Below are positions 54,304 to 64,000 of a stretch of 64,000 nt of DNA, one piece after another. The notes under the pieces were generated by a model. The model searched no databases. It was not told the origin of the DNA and saw only the letters and a program-made list of their open reading frames with translations. Each line of letters opens with the position of its first letter. Within the stretch, counting starts at the first letter, position 1. A program made the position numbers and the translations under genes. Origin of the DNA: the human T2T-CHM13v2.0 reference genome, Homo sapiens; assembly GCF_009914755.1 (NCBI RefSeq), contig NC_060947.1. One strand, given 5' to 3'.

Positions 54304-55396
54304 AAGAAGCCCAGTTTATGTCAATGACACCACCTGCTTTAAACTCAATGGAGACCAACATCACAGGAAAGTTTCAGATCCTATCTATGATGTACTCTAT
54401 TGTGACTTGAGACACTGAGCAAAATAAGAAATGTGTAAAAACATGCTCTTCAGAAAAACAAAGAGAACAATAGCATGTTAAGTCAATATCCAACATAAAA
54501 ATGTAAACCTTGAGGTTTTGACACAGCCACTGAAGCTTTCAATTCTCAAAAAAAAAAAATGGAGAGGCTGTGAATTAGATTACAGAAATAATTTGTATGG
54601 TACATTTTATATTGTTATTTTTCTTTTGGGGTAATCATTTTGCAGGACATCTTGTCTAGTCTCTATTTGTTTACTAAGAACTGGAAGCTTGTATCTAATG
54701 GACCATGCAACTTTACTATAATAGGTAGACAGTATTTTATAAAGAATTTGAAGAATGATTTGGAAAATAAGCCCAGTGTTAATATAATAGGCATGATTCT
54801 TGGGGGTTTTATGTTCAATATGGCAAACTGTAAAATAGTCATTTTAACTGTTTCATTTTTTCACATACAAAATGTATGTTTTTGTGAACACCTGCAAAGC
54901 CTCAAAACATTGCTTGAGGAACTTCTATTTTTTAATTAGATTATAATCATCAGTGACCACAGACACACTATTAACATCACTCAAATTTGCTAAAAGTGAC
55001 AAAAGTATAGCCCGGTATACAAGATGGAAAAACATTTTTTAGGTAAATTTGGTGGTTATGGAAGAGGGAAAAAAGGAATATACTTTGGTGTTACCGGCTG
55101 CTGAGCTGACAGCTTCCCGCAACAGCTTTTTAGAGACATTTTTTCTAAGTTCACATTTCTTTGTGGGCATTCACACACGCACCAGTGACACACTGAGCCC
55201 CAGAAATGGACAGTAATCTGTAATAGCAAAGCTGTATGGATTCAAGGGGAAGCTGCAACAACCTGTTTGGGCTCATATGCAAACAACAGTGTCTTCTCCT
55301 TCTGATCTGTTATGGACAATTACCACAAAAAGAACTCTCACCTGGGTATCGGTTTGGGTTTTGTGACTTTGTATGTGGGATCTGAAAGTCCAACGT

Positions 55397-55997
<601 letters not shown>

Positions 55998-56109
55998 CTC
56001 ATCACATCTTTTAAACCACACTTAAAGGGTTACCCCATCACAATAACATTTTGTGGTCTTTGTGGTTTCTGAGTTTCTGTGGGTAAACTGCGAATTACAT
56101 AGTCCGTGA

Positions 56110-56310
56110 GGAACTAGAATTTGAGGTTAGACACATCTGGATTGAATAGATTTGCCACTTCCTATATCTACGCACCCTTGGACAAGTTGCATAATTCCTC
56201 AAAGTTTCTGTTGACTCACGTTATTTATATCACAGATTTACTATAAGATTAAGTAACATATGTAAAGGACATTATACAATGTTTGACACATAGCAATTCT
56301 CTAGATATGT
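56110..56310 (+). mobile_element. MIR remnant
   Basis: gccactt...ccttggacaagttgcataattcctc...atgtaaag. Confidence 0.6.
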
Positions 56311-56595
56311 TAGGTTGCTTTCTTTTTGATATATGTTCTAGTACACAAAAGCAAAATAAGCCAAATTTTAAGTAAACGAAAAACCTAATTTCTGAAATAT
56401 ATAAGCAATATAATTTGTGTATCAGTGAATCAAGTCATGAGTTTCACATCAATCCCAAGTTACATTAATCATAACATTATTTGTTATTACAGTTATTAAT
56501 CGTAACAAGCAACATTACATTACTTGTTAATTATAACAAGAGTAACACTTTTGTTATGATTAGGATGGCTTTGCAAGTAAATGCTTTCCTTAGCT

Positions 56596-56780
56596 ACCTC
56601 TTTTTTCTCTCTTTCTTTCTCTCTCTCTTTCCCCTTCCTTCTTTCTCCCTCGTCCCTTCCTTTTCTTCCTTCCTTCTTTCCTTCCTTCTTTCTCCTTCCT
56701 TCCTTCTCCCTCCTTCCTTCCTTCTTTCTTCCTTCTTTCTCCTTCCTTCCTTCCCTCCTCTCCCTCTCTTTCTTTCTTTC
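56596..56780. repeat. Polypyrimidine (CT-rich) low-complexity tract
   Basis: About 185 nt of C/T with a single G. Confidence 0.95.
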
Positions 56781-57010
56781 GTGTCTTAAAATTGAGGTGG
56801 GTTTTACATCCTCTGAAAGGACATTTTTCATGCTACTTCCCAATCATTCTACCCATGACAAGCCTTTTCTTCTTATATCTAATACCATGGGTTACTTTGG
56901 CCTGTTCTAGAACTTTATATAAATGTAATCATACAGTATGCATTATTTTGTGTCTATATTTTCACTCAGCACAAAATGAGATTCATCCATACTGATTTAC
57001 ATATCACTAG

Positions 57011-57378
<368 letters not shown>

Positions 57379-57551
57379 ATTCCCTTCCATTTTTGCACTT
57401 ATTTTTTGCTAGTGTTTTAGTTTGGAAATTACTATAGATCACTCTTGAGCAGATGAAAAGTTTCAGGGAAAGTTAACATAATTAGTAATTCAGAATATCC
57501 CCCAAGATAAATGATATGTATTATTTCTTAAACTTTTTAAAATTTATAGAG

Positions 57552-57765
57552 CAATGGTCAGAAATCTACAGGCTATGAGTCAAATCTGGCACTTCACATG
57601 TTTTTGTAAATAAAATTTCATAGAAACACAACCTTCCCTATTCATCTATAAATAATTTAAGTCTTCTTTCATGTTACCATGGCAGAGTTGAGTAGTTACG
57701 ACAAAAAAGTATGATTCTAAAAAATGTCTATTTGGTTCTTTACAGAAAAAGTTTTCCAACCCCTG
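57552..57765 (+). mobile_element. MER58A hAT MITE
   Basis: tttttgtaaataaaa...ggcagagttgagtagtt...tttacagaaaaagttttccaacccctg. Confidence 0.85.
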
Positions 57766-57837
57766 TCCTAGAATAATTATCAGACTGATTAATGCTATCT
57801 GACCTCTACAAGCCCATCAAAATATCTTCAGTGAGTT

Positions 57838-58604
57838 TGTTACAGCTGGTTAGACAGGCATGAGTGGGATGGGAAAGGGCTTTCATCCCACCTCCCACCC
57901 CCCACCCACTAGGAATATCAGGAGATCATCAGGTGATGGTTCAGCAGCTATCACATTGCTTCTCTAAAATTGATAATTTGGCAGCCAGTGCCAGAGAGAG
58001 ACAATCTCCTGATGGTCCACACCTGTCACACTAAAGTGTTATTTGAAAGCAGGCTCCAGAAAGAGGCAACTTCCCAAACAGATAAAAATACTTGAGATTG
58101 GTAATCAGCTTCCAATAAAATCTCAGGTATTGGGCTAGTGGGACCGGGTATGTGCATTGAGAGACAAAATGGCAGAGTATGACCTTCCGCAGGTATTCCA
58201 CTGGTAAAGGGAAGAAAGCTTCAGATGGGCATGTGAACAATTCCTAAACACACTACGCATGCTCACTTCCCAAGCCTAAGAAGAGCACTGTGCATGTGGG
58301 CAGCTCACCCATAGGAATGAATCATGGGAAAGGCGCGCAAGATGCCAGGTGTGGGCCAGCATATAAAGTCCTAGGATCTGTCCTTCAAGTTGCCCGCTTG
58401 GGTCTCTTCTAAGTGTACTCTCCTTTCTTTTCTGCTCTAAAGCTTTTTAATAAACTTCCACTCCTGCTCTGAAACTTGCTTTGGTGTCTTTTTTTGCCTT
58501 ATGCCCCTCGGTCAAATTCTTTCTTCCGAGGAGGCAAGAATTGAGGTTGATGCAGACCTGTAGGGATTTGCTGCTGGTAACTCTGATACCTTCTACCCCT
58601 AACA
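57838..58604 (+). mobile_element. MER50-like solo LTR
   Basis: tgttac...taaca; perfect TSD agtt; TATA atataaa ~58361; aataaa ~58449. Confidence 0.85.
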
Positions 58605-59047
58605 AGTTAAGATATAATAGTAGGCAATGGGGATCATATTGCTCTATTTTTTATTTAAAAAGAAACACATCATTTTAGAGGTTTGGAAGTTATCGCACAG
58701 TACAATGCACCTCAAAATGCTTAAAATTGAAAAAATTATCTAGAATTTATCAAAAGGATACATTTGTTTTGAAGCCATGGCGCATTTTCTTTTACCAAAC
58801 CTTGAGAATATCTAATGCATAGTATTTTCTTTTCTGCATTGTCAGCCAAGAATAAATACTCTACGCTAAGCTTTTGTTATAATTTTTTTTTATGTTTTCA
58901 TAATTTTGAACGATTACTTTTATATTTGCATGTGTTATTTAAGTGTTTCTCTTCCAGTGAACCAAATCAAATGCATTTGAAACAAGGAATGGCAGAAGTA
59001 AATATGTCAATATATGCATAACATAGAAATGTTAAAATACATCAGAA

Positions 59048-59665
59048 TGTGATCACCCAATGGGTTCACCTTGCCCACTGCCTAGACAGAGCCAATTTAT
59101 CAAGACAGGGGAATTGCAGTGGAGCAAGAGTAATTCACACAGAGCCGGCTGTGTGGGAGACCAGAGTTTTATTATTACTCAAATCAGTCTCCCCGAAAAC
59201 TTGGGGATCAGAGTTTTTAAAGATAATTTGGTGGGTAGGGGCTTGGGAAGTGGGGATTGCTGATTAGTCAGGTTGGAGATGAATTCACAGGGGGCAAAAT
59301 ATCTCAAGCACTGACCTTAGGTTTTGTAACAGTGATGTTATTCCCAGGAGCAATTTGGGGAGGTTCAGACTCTTGCAGCCAGAGGCTTCATGGCCCCTAA
59401 AACTTAATTTTTATCTTGCAGCTAATTTGTTAGTCCTACAAAGGCCAAAGGGTCCCCAGGCAAGAAGGGGGTTTTTACAGGAAAGAGCTATTATCAATTT
59501 TGTTTCAGAGTTTACACTATAAACTAAATTCCTTCCCAAGGCTAGTTTGGCCTACACCCAGGAATAAACCAGGAAGGCTTAGAGGTTAGAAGATGAGGTC
59601 ATTTATGTCTGATCTTTTTCACTGTCATAATTTCTCCAGTTATCATATTTGCAAAGATGGTTTCA
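59048..59665 (-). mobile_element. LTR8 solo LTR (internally deleted)
   Basis: Minus strand starts TGAAACCATCTTTGCAAA; tttatcaagacaggggaattgc motif. Confidence 0.88.
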
Positions 59666-61156
59666 ATCACATCACACAAAACTCAGAAAATTATGAATTT
59701 CATGCATACAAATAGCCTTCACTCATCTCGATATGCTTGCCGAGAAGATCTAAGTCCACAAAAATTTGACTGAGCATAAATTTGCATTGGCTTTGCCTAT
59801 ATTCACCAATATTATCTCCTTTCCTTCTAGTTATTGTTGGTATATCATTAAATTAACACAATAAAAGACCAAATGTAAACAACAGAATATTATGAAGACC
59901 AAAGGAAAGATAAAATGGGAAAATGTTAATGCTTATAACTGTTCCTCTTAAAGTTTGATTTCTTACTGCTCTGTAATGGTTACCTAGGTATCATTTAGTA
60001 ATTGTGCACAAATATCCATGGCCATTTAAAATGCAATCATAACCACATTTGTGGATACTTAATAGTCAATTTACAGTAATAATTGAAAGCACAAAGAACA
60101 AGTTTTTGCTTAATTACTATGTGACAGACTGTATTTTGTACTTTCGTGTATATGTGATACTGTAGTGCTTTTGACCAGTATGCTGCATTAAAATACAAAT
60201 AAAACTTTATTTCAGATGTTACTTGTTATATAGGGTCTGCAACTGCTAAGTGTCATTTGGCCAAAAAATAAATATAGAGTGACTGGATGAAACCTCCCTG
60301 AGGACAAACATTAAAAGATTGCCATTCTCAAAGATTTAAATATGGGACACCTACATCCTACAAAGTGATGTAAAATATTATGGTATTGAGTGGTATGAGG
60401 GTAATGTATGCAGCTGCAATAAAGAGAAAAATTTAGATATATTTACCCTCTTACACTGTATCTGATAGTACCATCAAGCAATATCACATGTTTTACGGTA
60501 CAACCTGAGGCTACTACTTTTTAAGATTCTACAAAATAATCTCTGTCTCTCTCTCTCTTTCTGTCATTATACCGTAGTATTCTTGGGGAGAACAGAGTTG
60601 CTTAAAGGCATCTTAACTTCTAACCTTTTGGGATATTTCTTTTACTCAACAGACTATATCTCATAACATAATAGCTAGAAATAATCTAGTCTAAAATATT
60701 TACTATAGCAGTATCAAAGAAGTAATCCAATTCAAATACAGAAAGAGACAAAAGAAAAATTATTTACTTTAAAAGTGTATTTTTTTTTTCAATAAAAAGG
60801 GGGGAATCTCAGATTTACCTCAATGTTTCCTTTGGTGCAAATACCATATTGAAGACTAATATTATTTCAGCCATGGCATAAAAATGTTTTAACCACAAGT
60901 GTTAGACTTCATAACTTCACATTCAAATTGGATTTCATTTTGTAGTTCACATTTTTATGAATTTGGAGGGAAATTAAGTTAAAATATGTAATAATTGAAC
61001 GTCAATTATATGTTCGACTTCATGCATGAGAATTGAGAGGAAGGGAGAGGATGTATCTTATTTAGCTTTTTGTTTATAATATCTAGCACAGTTCCTTGTA
61101 CATAGTAGTAATCAATATATTTTTGCTGAAAGATAAATGAAAGAATGAAAGAACAT

Positions 61157-62185
61157 TGTATTAGTCATCTATTATTGTGTAACGAATGATCTAAAAACTT
61201 AATGTCTGAAATGTTTATTATCTCATTTTCTGTGGATGAGGAATACTGGCTTATCTGAGTCCTCTGGTTCAGGGTCTCTCACAAGCTTGAAATCAAGTTG
61301 TTGGTATAGGATGAGGGTCTCCTCTGAAGGCTCAGCTGGAAAAGGATCCACTTGCAAATTTATATGGTTGTCAGAAAAATGCAGTTTCTTAGGGCCTGTT
61401 GAGCTGAGGGCCTGGATTCCTAACTGGCTTTAGCTGGAACCACTATCACTTCTTTGCCACGTGAGCCTCTATGACTTGGCAGCTTGATTTATAAAAGTGT
61501 GAGATTTGGGAAGGCAATAAAGAGAGTTTACTAGCGAGACAGAAAGTCACAATCTTTTGTAACTTAACTACAGAAGTGACATCCCTTCACCATAGCCATA
61601 TTATATTGTTAAAAGCATGCCAGTAGATCCAGTCCACATTGAGGGAAAGGATTTAAACAGGCTGTGAATACTGCAATTTCTCCTTATTGCAGTAAGGTCC
61701 TCTGAACGGGCTATACCATGGTTGAGCCACTGTGACCCCTGTGACCCACACATACAGGCCTCCTGGAGTCACAAAGCCTGGAGCAACAGGAGAACCACTA
61801 AAGAAGAAACAGCTAGTTCCTGCCTTAACCGATTAACCGACGTTGCAACATTCCACCATTGTGATACGTTCCTGCCCTACCCTAACTAATCAATCAACCT
61901 TGTGATATCGTGCCTTGTGACCTCCCCCCACCTTGTGACTATGCACCTTGTGACATTCTTCTCCTGCCCGAAAAAACTGCCCCTAACTGTAACTTTCTAC
62001 TACCTACCCCAAACCTATAAAACCAGTTCCACTCCCACCACACTCTGCTGACTCCTTTCTTGGACTCAGCCCACTTGCACCCAAGTGAATAAGCAGCTTT
62101 GTTGCTCACACTAAGCCTGCTCAGGTGGTCTCTTCACACGGATGTGCTTAACAAATACCAGTAGTTAGAAATCACTGGGGACCAA
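61157..62185 (-). mobile_element. MLT1 (D/E-like) LTR split by a younger LTR
   Basis: tgtattagtcatctatt...tgtttattatctca...cagggtctctcacaag; resumes after 62153. Confidence 0.8.
61672..62153 (+). mobile_element. HERV-H-related solo LTR (LTR7C-like)
   Basis: gttcctgccttaac and ggactcagcccacttgcaccca...ttgttgctcacac...ggtggtctcttcacacgga are shared with LTR7; 5 bp TSD aatac. Confidence 0.75.
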
Positions 62186-62332
62186 TGATTTGTTATGGTC
62201 CCCAATAACAAATATATATTAAACACAGAAGAAAATTCTTACCATGCAGAAATCCTTCCAATTCAAAATGAGTCAAAAAATTTAAAATAGAAATGAACAA
62301 ATATTTACTATAAAGTACAAATTATGTGATAA

Positions 62333-63894
<1,562 letters not shown>

Positions 63895-64000
63895 TAAAGA
63901 TGTGTTCTGGGTTTTCCTAAGATAATGGTGGTTAGCTAAATCTTAGTTTACAAGATTTCTGCAAACCCTATGAAAAGTCATACAGATCAACAAAGATAAC

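Noticed and set aside
56481-56910. Three overlapping ORFs over 100 aa (F/L/S/P-rich or K/E/R/G-rich)
   Set aside because: Artefact of the stop-free CT-rich tract.

Overview
AT-rich primate genomic DNA, probably human or ape, judging by AluY/S/J, L1PA/L1M, THE1/MST and ERV1 LTRs. I see no supportable protein-coding gene, RNA gene or CRISPR array. Nearly all listed ORFs are chance frames or decayed transposon frames (Alu, L1 ORF2 RT, Tigger1 transposase, L2 endonuclease). The window is a dense patchwork of nested transposable elements. It includes a minus-strand MER4-group provirus (1-7715) carrying nested LTRs and Alus, about 20 LTRs, about 17 Alus, many L1/L2 pieces and DNA transposons. The best signals not explained by ordinary insertions are: (1) a ~160 bp, ~94%-identical local inverted duplication around an 818 bp spacer (28184-29331); (2) a perfect 43 bp tandem duplication; (3) an AluY without target-site duplication that joins two truncated LTRs; (4) a scrambled L1 complex; (5) a preserved retroviral leader (PBS, splice donor, hairpin, gag-like start). 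Subfamily names come from my recall of consensus sequences, not from a database search, and boundaries of old elements are approximate. I found no evidence of a new biological system.
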